This document shows positions 1 through 10,239 of a DNA stretch of 64,000 nucleotides, piece after piece; position 1 is the stretch's first letter; the number at the start of each line of letters is the position of its first letter. Under the pieces are notes generated by a model, which was not told the DNA's origin, did no database searches, and was given only the letters and a program-made list of their open reading frames with translations. A program made the translations under genes and the position numbers. This stretch comes from Candidatus Binatia bacterium (GTDB lineage Bacteria > Desulfobacterota > Binatia > UBA9968 > JAJDTQ01): positions 2,976,001 to 3,040,000 of the forward strand of contig OY762897.2 in the NCBI GenBank assembly GCA_963666515.2, in the 5' to 3' direction.

Positions 1-221
1 ACCATGCGGGCGTCGAACTTGGGCTTCTGGCGCACCGCATTCTCCAGGGTGAGCCACTCGTCCAGCGGATAGACGTCCAGGCAGCGCTTGGAGCTGACGA
101 CGAAATTTGTGATAATAAGACGTCCGCCGTCACCCTTTCCCCGGAGGTATTCGCGATACTTGGCCGGAATGCTGAGACGCCCCTTGGTATCGACCGTATG
201 CTCGTATTTGCCGCGGAACAT
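1..221 (-). CDS. mraZ: MraZ transcriptional regulator (5' part, runs off window start)
   Basis: Manual translation from ATG at 221: MFRGKYEHTVDTKGRLSIPAKYR...CLDVYPLDEW, with the MraZ DxKGR and YP..EW motifs. Not in the ORF track. Confidence 0.93.
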   Translation of the reverse strand, partial: MFRGKYEHTVDTKGRLSIPAKYREYLRGKGDGGRLIITNFVVSSKRCLDVYPLDEWLTLENAVRQKPKFDARM

Positions 222-235
222 GACCTGACCATCTA

Positions 236-270
236 TGGGAAATCATCCCACTTTATCCCACCAGACGGGA
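236..270 (-). promoter_or_regulatory. MraZ-box direct repeats (autoregulatory operator)
   Basis: GTGGGA occurs twice with 10-bp spacing on the minus strand (+ strand tcccac at 246-251 and 256-261), just upstream of mraZ. Confidence 0.6.
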
Positions 271-439
271 CTATAGCCAGACCGTCTCGCGCCTGTCAAC
301 CACAAAAACGCAATATTTCCCGCCGCGAAAACGGCGCGAATCTGCCAGGAAACCTGAAGTTTTACCTACATCTGGGTGTATTCGAGGCCCAGGGAGGGCT
401 TGTGCTACAAGATATGGGAGCGGGCGGTGGGATGGGGGC

Positions 440-812
440 CAGTGGATCGTTAAGCCGGATTCTGTAACGCTTCCCAACAGGAAGCGGGACGGTCATTCAT
501 CTTGCCCCGCGATTGCTCGCGGGGTCCAGCGACCTTACCCGAGGGTGTCAGGCGGACGACCCAACCCTCCTATTTGGTCTTGCTCCGGGTGGGGTTTACC
601 ATGCGCCCGCCATCACTGGCGGACCGGTGAGCTCTTACCTCGCCTTTTCAACCTTGCCTGACGGCCCGGCGTGACCGGAACGCGTCGGGCGGTATGTTTT
701 CTGTGGCACTTTCCCCCGATCGCCCGGGGCCGCCGTTAGCGGCCACCCTGTCCTTTGGAGTCCGGACTTTCCTCCTCCGCGTCGACCGCGGAAGCGACCG
801 TCTGATCCACTG
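440..812 (-). ncRNA. rnpB: RNase P RNA
   Basis: Minus strand has GAGGAAAGTCCGG near the 5' end and ACAGAATCCGGCTTA near the 3' end. P1 helix is CAGTGGATC/GATCCACTG (804-812 with 440-448). Confidence 0.96.
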
Positions 813-880
813 TGCCCCTGGACACAGTTTCCCGGTTGCGGGGCGCGGTTGCAACCCCTGGAGACGGTAGACTTCGTATG

Positions 881-1615
881 CTACGGCTGATTCTCCTGCT
901 CGGGGGCGGGCGGGTTGTAGAAGAGTATCCTCTGGCAGCTCGGACAGAGGTTCACGCGTTCGTTGCGCAGGACGTCGTTCCATAGCTGGGGCGGGATGTT
1001 CATGTAGCAGGCCCGGCAGATGGCGGAAGACACCGACACCACCGCGGTGCCGTCGCGGCGGTCGAACAGCAGCTCGTACTTTCCCATGAGGTCGCCGTCG
1101 AGACGCGACGCCGTGTCCTCGCGCACTTGGCGCGTCTGCGCGATCTTGTCGTCGATCTCGGCGATCTCGCCCTCCAGCGGCCCCTTTCGGCCGTCCCAGT
1201 CGTTCTTCCGCTCCGTCAGCTCCGACTCTTTCTGGTTCAGGACGCTCTCCTGTTCCTCCAGGTCGGTCATCACCTCGATCAGCTCCTCCTCGAGGATGGC
1301 GTTGGATTCCTTGATCTGCGCGATCTCCCGTTGGAGCGCCTGCAACTCCTTGATGTTCTTGACGTGGCTCATGCGCATGCGCCTGTCGGTGGCCTTCCGG
1401 TTGGCGTCCAGCACCGTCTGTTCCTTGCCGCGCCGGACCGCCTCCCTTTCCTGCCAGGCCTCCCTCAGCGCGTTGACCTCCGCGGTCAGCTTGGCGATCT
1501 CGCCTTCACACCTTTCGATTTCCTCGATTCGCTCCGTCCGCGCGGTCCTGTGCTTCTTCACTTCCAGATCGATGCCCTGAAGCACCGCCAAGGTCTCCAA
1601 CTGCTCCTGCAACAC
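881..1615 (-). CDS. Coiled-coil, C4-type zinc-ribbon protein (COG1579/DUF164)
   Basis: Long coiled coil followed by CRAC...CPSCQRIL. GTG at 1615 after a GGAGGG RBS is preferred over 1681. Confidence 0.88.
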   Translation of the reverse strand: MLQEQLETLAVLQGIDLEVKKHRTARTERIEEIERCEGEIAKLTAEVNALREAWQEREAVRRGKEQTVLDANRKATDRRMRMSHVKNIKELQALQREIAQIKESNAILEEELIEVMTDLEEQESVLNQKESELTERKNDWDGRKGPLEGEIAEIDDKIAQTRQVREDTASRLDGDLMGKYELLFDRRDGTAVVSVSSAICRACYMNIPPQLWNDVLRNERVNLCPSCQRILFYNPPAPEQENQP

Positions 1616-1801
1616 GTTACCCTCCAGTCGCCGGACACGGGACAAAAAAAGAACCGCACCCTTGAGTGCAGTTCTTTCCATTCCGGTCCCGGCTGTCTGA
1701 TCGTGTTCGATAGGCGCTTACGTTCATGCTTGAGAGTATATTATCGACATCCCGTTTGATTGTCAAAGGCAGGCGGGCGGGCTGGGGCGGGCCGGCGGCC
1801 G

Positions 1802-3214
1802 TCACAGGCCGAGCTTGCCGGGGTTCATGATGTTGTCGGGATCCAGAAAGCGCTTCATGGAGCGCATCAGATCCAGGCCGTCGCCGTGCTCATGGGCCAT
1901 GAGCGGAGCCAGCTTGACTCCGACCCCGTGGCAGTACTCCACGGACCCGCCGAAGCGGTGAACCGTCCGCAGCAGGGCGACGATGGCGTCGCCCAACTCC
2001 GCCCGGGCCTGCTCGCCGCCCTCCGTGGACAGCCGCAACGAGAAAAGCTCCGGGCCGGTCCAGAGTCCGCTCTCCCGGAAACGCACCTTGCGGGCCGCGG
2101 CCACGGCGATGGCCTCGCGCCTGAAGGCCAGCACCTGCGACGCCGGCAGGGCGACGTGCACCCAGTCCTGGTGCACTCCGGTTTCGCTGCGTTTCCGGCG
2201 CTCGCCGCGGTTGGCGGCGAACCGCCGGGCCGCGGCGTGACGGTCACGCCAGAACCGCTGGGCCTTGTCCGGGGCCAGCCTCTCGCCGCCCCGGTCGAGG
2301 TACGCCCCGAGAGCTACCCCGTCCTCCGCGGCCACCACCTCCGCTTTTCCCTCGAAGCCCAGGTAAAGGATCGCCGGCCCTTCCGGATCCTCGGTCTCGT
2401 CGCCGTAGTCCAGCAGGACGGGCCTCAGGCCGGCGGCAGAGAACGCCCGGACGGCCTCGAAACCGGGGGCGAAGGAGTCGAACCGGACCGCGTGGAGCGA
2501 CCTCGTCTCCGGAACCGGGAAGACCCGGAGGGTCGCTTCCGTGAGGATGCCGAAGCAGCCCTCGCCACCGATGAACAGGTGGTTCAGGTCGATGCCGGTG
2601 GAAGTCTTGGCGACGGCGCGGGTGCGGCACACCTGCCCCTGGGGCAGCACCGCCTCCACCCCCAGCACCTGGTCCCCCATGGAGCCGTATTTTCCACCTC
2701 GGTAGCCGAGGCTGTTGGTGGAGACGGCTCCGCCCACCGTGGCCACCGGCAGCGTCCAGGGGTCGTGGCCCAGCATGAGGCCGGACTCCTGGAGGCGGGC
2801 TGCGAGATTCTCCAGCACCGCCCCGGCCTGGACACGGGCCGTGAATGCCGCCGGGTCGATCTCCAGCACGGCGTTCATCCGCCGGAGGTCCACGACGATG
2901 CCGGGGGTCAACGAAACGGCGGCGCCCATGAGCCCGGACCCGCCGCCGTAAGGCACCAGCGGCACCCGGGCCTCGTTGGCCACGCCCACTACGGCCTGCA
3001 CCTCGGCCGTGGAAGCGGGGGTGCAGACGCACAGCGGATGAACGGGGAGTATGGGATGTCCGGGATGGATGCGGCTTCGGCTCAACGCATCCCAGGAATG
3101 CAGGTCTATCTCATCTGGATCCGTGAGGACGGCGCCGGCGCCCAGCAGGTCGGCGAGCCGGCGAATCGTATCGCCGTGTGTTCCGGCAAACCCGGATACT
3201 GGTATTCCCGTCAT
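1802..3214 (-). CDS. FAD-binding oxidoreductase (GlcD / D-lactate dehydrogenase / alkyl-DHAP synthase family)
   Basis: PYGGGSGL, ATVGG, GGEGCFGILTE, and C-terminal HGVG...LDPDNIMNPGK. Confidence 0.88.
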   Translation of the reverse strand: MTGIPVSGFAGTHGDTIRRLADLLGAGAVLTDPDEIDLHSWDALSRSRIHPGHPILPVHPLCVCTPASTAEVQAVVGVANEARVPLVPYGGGSGLMGAAVSLTPGIVVDLRRMNAVLEIDPAAFTARVQAGAVLENLAARLQESGLMLGHDPWTLPVATVGGAVSTNSLGYRGGKYGSMGDQVLGVEAVLPQGQVCRTRAVAKTSTGIDLNHLFIGGEGCFGILTEATLRVFPVPETRSLHAVRFDSFAPGFEAVRAFSAAGLRPVLLDYGDETEDPEGPAILYLGFEGKAEVVAAEDGVALGAYLDRGGERLAPDKAQRFWRDRHAAARRFAANRGERRKRSETGVHQDWVHVALPASQVLAFRREAIAVAAARKVRFRESGLWTGPELFSLRLSTEGGEQARAELGDAIVALLRTVHRFGGSVEYCHGVGVKLAPLMAHEHGDGLDLMRSMKRFLDPDNIMNPGKLGL

Positions 3215-3283
3215 TCCGGCGAAAGCCGGAATCCGGAGCCGCGTTGAACGCTCCTGGATTCCGGCTTTCGCCGGAATGACGGG
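3207..3283. repeat. REP-like palindrome family 1 (GTCATTCCGGCGAAAGCCGGAATCC), inverted doublet
   Basis: 28-bp perfect inverted repeat, 3207-3234 and 3256-3283; related copies occur elsewhere in the window. Confidence 0.85.
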
Positions 3284-3371
3284 TCAGAGTTTCGTGCCTG
3301 TTGCGTCCCAACAATCTGCAAGAGGCATCCTGCTTGAGTCCGTCGGACGGCCATTCTGCATGAAGCTGGCG

Positions 3372-4142
3372 TCAGTGCATGTTCTGGCCGCCGTCCACCA
3401 CCAGGGTCTGCCCGGTCATGAAATCGGCCAGCGGGGACGACATGAACAGGACCCCGCCGACGAGGTCCTGGGGCACCTGGACCCGCTTGAGCGCGCGCGA
3501 GCCGATGTTGCTCTGGCGCATCTTGAGGATCTCCTCGGTGGGGTTCTCCTCGGACAGGGTCGAGCCCGGACAGAGGATGTTGACCTGGATGTTGTCCTCG
3601 CCCACCTCCCGCGCCAGGGTGCGGCTGAAGCCCATGACCCCGGCCTTGGAGGCGACGTAGTGGATGCGTCCCGGAGGGCCGTAGAGCGCGGTGCCGGAGG
3701 CGATGTTGACGATCTTGCCGGACTTCTGCTGGCGCATCTGCGGCAGCACCGCGCGGCAGCAGAGGAACACGCCCTTGAGGTTCACCGACATGAGCTTGTC
3801 CCATTCCTCGATGCTTATCTCCTCGATGCGGCCGCGGCTCATGGGAATGGTGGCGAAGATCGAGGCGTTGTTGATGAGCACGTCCACCCGGCCGAAGCGC
3901 TCGACGGTCCTGGCCACCATCTGGTTGGCGGACTCCTCGTCGGACACGTCCACGGTTACGGCCATGGAGCCTGCCTCGCTCAGCTTCGCCAAGTCTCCCG
4001 CTACCTTCTCTGCCGCCTCGCCGTCGATGTCCGCCACCACCACCCGGGAGCCGGACTTGGTAAAGCCCTCGCAGTACGCCTTGCCGATGCCGTGCCCTCC
4101 GCCCGTGACGATCACCACCTTGCCCTGCAACCCTTCGATCAT
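3372..4142 (-). CDS. SDR family oxidoreductase (FabG-like)
   Basis: TGGGHGIG, NNAS and YVASK motifs. Start MIEGLQGK at 4142. Confidence 0.9.
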   Translation of the reverse strand: MIEGLQGKVVIVTGGGHGIGKAYCEGFTKSGSRVVVADIDGEAAEKVAGDLAKLSEAGSMAVTVDVSDEESANQMVARTVERFGRVDVLINNASIFATIPMSRGRIEEISIEEWDKLMSVNLKGVFLCCRAVLPQMRQQKSGKIVNIASGTALYGPPGRIHYVASKAGVMGFSRTLAREVGEDNIQVNILCPGSTLSEENPTEEILKMRQSNIGSRALKRVQVPQDLVGGVLFMSSPLADFMTGQTLVVDGGQNMH

Positions 4143-4401
4143 GAGTGCTCCTCTCCGGACCGGCCGATAGCCCACATGAAGACGGGTTCGGGACGGCCGC
4201 AAACGATTATGGCACTGCTCTATCGGGAAACCGAGGCCGGTGTCAAGCAAACCGCGCCGGTCCCCGGCCGGGGCCGATCGCCGGACGCGGAGGCGGGTTT
4301 CGAACCCGGTCCAAGCCTGTTTCGACGCGGTTCTCCGGCCCGCTGGCGTCCTTCCCGGGGCCGATTTGAACCCCCTGGCGAATCGTGTTAACGCAACTCC
4401 G

Positions 4402-6471
4402 ATGGCGCGATATCGGGTAGCGGTGGACACCGGAGGGACCTTCTCCGACTTCGTTTTCTTCAACGAGGACAGCGGCGAGATCAGCATCACCAAGGTGCCC
4501 TCGACCCCCAGGGAGCCGTTCCAGGCGGTGCTCAACGGCGTGCAGGAACTGCTCGACCGGGGCGTGCCGGCGGGGGACGTGAGCTTCTTTTCCCACGGCA
4601 CCACCGTGGGCACCAACGCGCTGCTGGAGGAGAAGGGCGCGGTCACCGGGCTGCTGGTGACCGAGGGCTTCCGCGGCATCTACGAGGTCATGGAGCAGAG
4701 CCGGGGCTACGGTCCGGTGACCTACGACCTGTTCTTCGAGAAACCCCGGCTGCTGGCTTCCCCGTACACCACCGAGGAGGTCCGCGAGCGGGTGGACTTC
4801 CAGGGCAACGCGCTCACCCCGGTGGACCCGGCGCAGGCGGCCGGGGCCGTCCGCCGCCTCAAGGCCAAGGGCGTCGAGTCCGTGGCCGTCTGCTTCCTGT
4901 TCTCGTTCCTGAACCTGGAGCACGAGCTGGCAGTGAAGAAGATCATGGCCGAGGAGTTCCCGGAGGCCAGCCTGTCGCTGTCGTGCGAGGTGCTGCCGCA
5001 GATCCGCGAGTTCTACCGGATGAGCACCACGGTTATCAACGCCTACATCGCGCCGGTGATGAGCCGCTATCTGAACGCGCTGGAGGACCGCCTGCGGGAG
5101 ATGGGCGTCACCACGCCGCAGCTCTACATCATGCAGTCCAACGGCGGCGTGTCCACCTTCCGGACCTCGGCGCGCATCCCCGTGGCCACGGTGCTCTCCG
5201 GGCCGGCGGGCGGCGTGATCTCGTCGCTGGGCGCCAGCGGCAAGGTGGGCATCGACAACATCATCACCTTCGACATGGGCGGCACCAGTTGCGACGTGGC
5301 GCTGATCCACCAGGGCCGCCCGGTGGTCACCACCCAGGGGCGCATCAGCCAGCGGCCCATCAGCCTGCCCATGCTCGACATCCACACTGTGAGCGCGGGC
5401 GGCGGCACCATCGCGCGCATCGACTCGGTGGGGGCGCTCCAGGTGGGACCCGACAGCGCCGGCGCCGATCCCGGCCCCATCTGCTACGACCGCGGCGGCG
5501 AGAACGCCACCGTCACCGACGCCAACGTCATCCTGGGGGTGCTGGACCCCGACCACTTCCTCGGCGGCCGCCTCACCCTCGACAAAGCCAAGGCCGAGTC
5601 GCTGGTGGAGGAGCGCATCGCCAAGCCGCTGGGGCTGAGCCTGCACGAAGCCGCGGACGGCATTCTCAGAATCATCAACGTCAAGATGGAGGAAGCCATC
5701 AAGGCGGTGTCGTCCCAGCGCGGCTACGACATCCGGGAGTTCACCCTGGTGGCCTTCGGCGGCGCCGGTCCCATGCACGCGGGACGGCTGGCGCTGGACC
5801 TGGGCATCCCGACGCTGCTGGTGCCACTGACGCCGGGGGTCAACTCGGCGCTGGGCCTCCTCATGTCGGACGTGAAGCACGACCACGTGCGCTCCAAGCT
5901 GGCGCCGATGCAGGAGCTGGAGTCCGGCGACATCAACGTCCTGTTCGACCAGCTCGTGCGGCAGGCGCGGGAAGAATTGTCGGAAGAGGGCTTTTCGGAC
6001 CGGGACATCGTGCTGACGCCGTACCTGGACCTGCGCTACGCGGGACAGGGTTACGAACTGACGGTGCCGTGCCCGAACCCGCCGCTCAAGCCCGAGGACA
6101 TGGAGCTGGTGCAGCAGCGCTTCCACGAGGTCCACGAGCAGGCGCACGGCCACAAGGCCGAGTCCGAGCCGGTAGAGCTGGTGAGCGTGCGGCTGGTGTC
6201 CGAGGGGCGGGTGCCGCAGACCCGGCTGTCGCCGTTCAAGGCCACGGGGCTGCGTGTGGCCGACGCACGCACCGGCGAGCGCCGGATCTTCTTCGGCCGT
6301 GACCAGGGCTTCCAGGACACGCCCATCTACGACCGGGACCGCCTGGAGCCCGGACACGAGCTGGCCGGCCCCGCGGTGGTGGAGCAGATGGACACCACCA
6401 CCGTCATTCATCCGGAGCAGCAGGCGCGGGTGGACGACTACAAGAACCTGATCATCACGGCGAAAGATTAG
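4402..6471 (+). CDS. Hydantoinase/oxoprolinase A (ATP-binding) subunit
   Basis: VDTGGTFSD, HGTTVGTN, SGPAGG, DMGGTS and AFGGAGPMH. Start ATG at 4402. Confidence 0.92.
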   Translation: MARYRVAVDTGGTFSDFVFFNEDSGEISITKVPSTPREPFQAVLNGVQELLDRGVPAGDVSFFSHGTTVGTNALLEEKGAVTGLLVTEGFRGIYEVMEQSRGYGPVTYDLFFEKPRLLASPYTTEEVRERVDFQGNALTPVDPAQAAGAVRRLKAKGVESVAVCFLFSFLNLEHELAVKKIMAEEFPEASLSLSCEVLPQIREFYRMSTTVINAYIAPVMSRYLNALEDRLREMGVTTPQLYIMQSNGGVSTFRTSARIPVATVLSGPAGGVISSLGASGKVGIDNIITFDMGGTSCDVALIHQGRPVVTTQGRISQRPISLPMLDIHTVSAGGGTIARIDSVGALQVGPDSAGADPGPICYDRGGENATVTDANVILGVLDPDHFLGGRLTLDKAKAESLVEERIAKPLGLSLHEAADGILRIINVKMEEAIKAVSSQRGYDIREFTLVAFGGAGPMHAGRLALDLGIPTLLVPLTPGVNSALGLLMSDVKHDHVRSKLAPMQELESGDINVLFDQLVRQAREELSEEGFSDRDIVLTPYLDLRYAGQGYELTVPCPNPPLKPEDMELVQQRFHEVHEQAHGHKAESEPVELVSVRLVSEGRVPQTRLSPFKATGLRVADARTGERRIFFGRDQGFQDTPIYDRDRLEPGHELAGPAVVEQMDTTTVIHPEQQARVDDYKNLIITAKD

Positions 6472-6478
6472 AAATGGC

Positions 6479-6516
6479 GTCCTTCGACTTCGCTACGCTA
6501 CGCTCAGGACGAACGG
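6479..6516. repeat. REP-like family 2 (CCTTCGACTTCGCT...ACGCTCAGGACGAACGG)
   Basis: Matches the left arm of the 21303-21413 element. Confidence 0.75.
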
Positions 6517-6563
6517 AAAATCGTTTCGCGACTACGGGCCAACCGCCTGCCGGGAGATAGGCC

Positions 6564-8351
6564 ATGGCACATCCGGAATCCAGCATGGACACCGCCTCCT
6601 CCGCCGATCCCATCACCATGCAGGTGATCCAGGCGCGGCTGGCCGGCATCGTGCAGGAGATGCAGAACTCGCTCTTCCGCACCGGCTTCTCCACCATCAT
6701 CCGCGAGTCCCAGGACGCGAGCTGCGCGCTACTCACCTGCGACGGCGAGGTGGCGGCGCAGCACGTGGTGCTGCCGCTCCACATGGGGGCCTTCCCGGCC
6801 TGCGCCCAGGGGGTGCTACGGAACTACGGGCCGGAAGATATCCACGAGGGCGACGCCTACATCACCAACCACCCCTACCTCGGCGGCAGCCCCCACGCCC
6901 CGGACATGTGCGTGATGACGCCGATCTTCTTCGACGGCGAGTGGGTGGGCTTCTCCGCCACCATGGCGCACAAGAGCGACATCGGCGGGCCGGTGCCCGG
7001 GAGCTGCTGGAGCCAGGCCCGGGAGGTGTACCAGGAGGGGCTCCAGGTGCCGCCGGTCAAGTACATCGACCGCTTCAGGACCAGCAAGGACATCGAGGAG
7101 ATCATCGGCTGCAACAGCCGCACACCCGAGCTGGTGGTGGGCGACATCCGCGGGCAGGTGGGCGCGGCGCGCCTGGGCGAGCGGCGCTTCGGCGAGATGA
7201 TGGCCAAGTACGGCCGCGAGACGGTGCTCGCCTGCTACGACCGGCTGTTCCGCCTCACCGAAGAACGGGTGCGCAACGAGATCGCCACTTGGCCCGACAG
7301 GAGCGCCGAGGGCGAGCGCTTCCTGGACAGCGACGGCATCGACCTCGACAAGCCGGTGCGCATCCGGGTGCGCATCGACAAGAAGGGCGACCGCCTGCTG
7401 TTCGACTTCACCGGCAGCGCGGACCAGACCCGCGGTCCGGCCAACATCCGGCCGTCGGTGGTGCGGGCGGCGTGCTCCTACTGCCTCACCGCCCTTACCG
7501 ACCCGGCGCTTCCCACCAACCAGGGGCTGGCGCGGGTGGTGGAGGTGAATTGCCCCGAAGGAAGCGTGCTCAACCCCCGCTTCCCGGCGCCCGTAAACAC
7601 CTACAACCCCACCGTGCACGCCCTGGTGGAGGCGCTGTTCGAGGCCCTGAGCCAGCTCACCCCGGTCAAGAAGATCGCCGACGGCTGCGCCAGCCGCTCC
7701 ATCATCATCGGTGGGAAGAACGAGAAGACCGGCCGGAGCTACGTCCAGTACGAGATCTTCGGCGGCGGCTCCGGCGCCCGCTCCGGCAAGGACGGCGTCT
7801 CCGGCACCAACGTCAACCAGTCCAACGCCCGCATCGCCCCCATCGAGATCATCGAGTCGGAGTTCGATACCCGGCTGCGCCGTTTCGAGTTGGTGCGGGA
7901 CTCCGGCGGCACCGGCCAGTTCCGCGGCGGCTTGGGCTTCGTCCGGGAGTACGAGTTCCTCAACCCCGAGGGCCGCTTCTCCCTCCGCTCCACCAAGCAC
8001 GTGGTGGCGCCCAAGGGCGTGGAAGGCGGCGGCAACGGCCGCACCGGCAAGGGCATCCTCAACCCCGGCTCCCAGGAAGAACGGGAGATCCCCTCCCGGT
8101 GCTCCGACGTCGCCGTGCGCCGGGCCGACGTGTTCCGCCTGGAAACCCCCGGAGGCGGGGGCCTGGGCGAGCCCCTGGACCGCGACGCCGAAGCGGTGCT
8201 GAGAGACGTCAGGAACGGCTACGTCTCGCCGGAGAACGCTCTGGAGACTTACGGCGTGGCAGTGCTGGAAACGGGTGGCACCTTCGTGCTGGACGAGGCG
8301 CGGACGGAGACGGCGCGGCGGGAACACGGACGGGCGGCCCGGTACTCCTGA
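6564..8351 (+). CDS. Hydantoinase B/oxoprolinase subunit, paralog 1
   Basis: RTGFSTIIRES, NHPYLGGSPHAPD, HKSDIGG, DSGGTGQFRGGLG and TPGGGGLG. Confidence 0.92.
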   Translation: MAHPESSMDTASSADPITMQVIQARLAGIVQEMQNSLFRTGFSTIIRESQDASCALLTCDGEVAAQHVVLPLHMGAFPACAQGVLRNYGPEDIHEGDAYITNHPYLGGSPHAPDMCVMTPIFFDGEWVGFSATMAHKSDIGGPVPGSCWSQAREVYQEGLQVPPVKYIDRFRTSKDIEEIIGCNSRTPELVVGDIRGQVGAARLGERRFGEMMAKYGRETVLACYDRLFRLTEERVRNEIATWPDRSAEGERFLDSDGIDLDKPVRIRVRIDKKGDRLLFDFTGSADQTRGPANIRPSVVRAACSYCLTALTDPALPTNQGLARVVEVNCPEGSVLNPRFPAPVNTYNPTVHALVEALFEALSQLTPVKKIADGCASRSIIIGGKNEKTGRSYVQYEIFGGGSGARSGKDGVSGTNVNQSNARIAPIEIIESEFDTRLRRFELVRDSGGTGQFRGGLGFVREYEFLNPEGRFSLRSTKHVVAPKGVEGGGNGRTGKGILNPGSQEEREIPSRCSDVAVRRADVFRLETPGGGGLGEPLDRDAEAVLRDVRNGYVSPENALETYGVAVLETGGTFVLDEARTETARREHGRAARYS

Positions 8352-8399
8352 GTGACTGCATGATCGCCATGTCCGCCAAGCCGGCGCAGATGCCCGCGT

Positions 8400-8428
8400 C
8401 CGTCATTCCGGCGAAAGCCGGAATCCAG
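8400..8428. repeat. REP-like family 1, single copy
   Basis: CCGTCATTCCGGCGAAAGCCGGAATCCAG between the two hydantoinase B genes. Confidence 0.85.
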
Positions 8429-8466
8429 GGGGCGAAGGGCCTGGGCTCCAATGACGATATGAACCC

Positions 8467-10239
8467 GTGTCCATGACCCACACCGCCGACCCCATCACCG
8501 TCCAGGTCATCCGCGCCGCCCTCGACGGCATCGTGCAGGAGATGCAGACCTCGCTCTTCCGCACGGGCTTCTCCACCATCATCCGGGAATCCCACGACGC
8601 CAGTTGCGCGATCCTGAACACCAACGCCGAAGTCATCGCCCAGCACGTCGTGCTGCCGCTCCACATGGGCGCCTTCCCGGCCTGTACCGAGGGGTTGCTC
8701 GAACGGTTTTCGCCGGACGAGCTGCGGGAAGGCGACGCCTACATCGTCAACCACCCCTACCGCGGCGGCAGCCCACACGCCCCGGACATGGGCGTGCTGA
8801 CACCTGTCTTCTACCAGAGCGAATGGGTGGGCTTCTGCGCCAGCATGGCCCACAAGAGCGACATCGGCGGCACCGTGCCCGGCAGCGGCTCGGGTACTGC
8901 CAGGGAGATATTCCAGGAAGGGCTCCACCTGCCGGCGGTGAAGTTCATGGATGCGGGCCGGCCCGTGCGCGAGTTGGAGTGGTTCATCCATGCCAACAGC
9001 CGCACACCGGAGGTGGTGGTGGGCGACATCCGCGGCCAGGTGGGCGCCAACCGGCTGGGCGAGAGGCGGCTGGCCGAGCTGCTGGACAAGTACGGCAAGG
9101 ACACGGTGGTGGCCTCCACCGAGGAGCTGGCCGGACACGCCGAGCGCCGCCTGCGCCAGGTCATCGCCTCATGGCCCGACGGCCGTTACCAGGGCGAGGC
9201 CTGTGTCGACAACGACGGCATCGACCTCGACAAGCCCGTGCGCATCCGCGTCACCGTGGAAAAGACCGGCGACCGCATCCTGTTCGACTTCTCGGAATGC
9301 AGCCCCCAGACCACCGGCCCGGCCAACATCCGCCCTCCCCTGGTGCGGGCCTGCTGCTACTACTGCCTCATCGCCCTCATCGACCCGTTCCTGCCCATCA
9401 ACCAGGGGCTGGCGCGGGTGGTGGAAACCCGATTCCGCCAGGGCAGCGTCGTCTGCCCCGACTTTCCCGCCGCGGTGAACGCCTACATGCCCACCGCGCT
9501 GGTGGTGGCCGAGGCCGTCCTACAGGCCATGAGCACCCTGGTGCCCGACAAGACCATCGCCGAGGGCTCCGGCAGCGGCGCCATCGCCCTGGGCGGCCGC
9601 GCCCGCGACGGCAAGCGCAGCTACGTCCAGTACGAGATCTTCGCCGGCGGCGTCGGCGGCCGGAACGGCAAGGACGGCGCCTCTGCCACCTCCTTCCACC
9701 TGAGCAACGGCAAGATCGCCCCCGTCGAGATCATCGAGTCCGAGTTCCCCACCCAAGTGGAGCGCTTCGAGCTGCTGCCCGACTCCGGCGGTCCCGGCCG
9801 CCACCGAGGCGGCCTCGGCTTTGTCCGCGAGTACCGCATCCTCCAGGACGAGGTCCGCTTCTCCATGCGCACCGACAAGCACGCCCTCGCCCCCCAGGGC
9901 ATCGACGGCGGCCACCCCGGCGGCACCGGCGGCTGCATCATCAACCCCGGCGCCGACGACGAGCGCAGCATGCCGTCCCGCTTCGGCGACCAGCGGTTGA
10001 AGACCGGCGACGTGCTACGAGTGGAGCGGCCGGGTGGCGGGGGCGTGGGAGCGGCGTTCCGGCGAAATCCGGAGGCCGTGCTGGACGACGTGCGGCAGGG
10101 GTATGTTTCCGTCGAGAGGGCACAGAGTGACTACGGCGTCATGATCCGTGTCGATGGCAGGGAGTTCGCCGCGGATTCGGACGCGACTAAAAAGTTGCGA
10201 GCACGTGGGCGGGACACTCCAATCGACACCCAGGGGTAA
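8467..10239 (+). CDS. Hydantoinase B/oxoprolinase subunit, paralog 2
   Basis: Same motif set as paralog 1 and colinear with it over its full length. Confidence 0.92.
   Translation: MSMTHTADPITVQVIRAALDGIVQEMQTSLFRTGFSTIIRESHDASCAILNTNAEVIAQHVVLPLHMGAFPACTEGLLERFSPDELREGDAYIVNHPYRGGSPHAPDMGVLTPVFYQSEWVGFCASMAHKSDIGGTVPGSGSGTAREIFQEGLHLPAVKFMDAGRPVRELEWFIHANSRTPEVVVGDIRGQVGANRLGERRLAELLDKYGKDTVVASTEELAGHAERRLRQVIASWPDGRYQGEACVDNDGIDLDKPVRIRVTVEKTGDRILFDFSECSPQTTGPANIRPPLVRACCYYCLIALIDPFLPINQGLARVVETRFRQGSVVCPDFPAAVNAYMPTALVVAEAVLQAMSTLVPDKTIAEGSGSGAIALGGRARDGKRSYVQYEIFAGGVGGRNGKDGASATSFHLSNGKIAPVEIIESEFPTQVERFELLPDSGGPGRHRGGLGFVREYRILQDEVRFSMRTDKHALAPQGIDGGHPGGTGGCIINPGADDERSMPSRFGDQRLKTGDVLRVERPGGGGVGAAFRRNPEAVLDDVRQGYVSVERAQSDYGVMIRVDGREFAADSDATKKLRARGRDTPIDTQG

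Noticed and set aside
198-983. ORFs 198..467, 271..477 and 648..983
   Set aside because: They overlap rnpB and the mraZ promoter and show no protein-like features.
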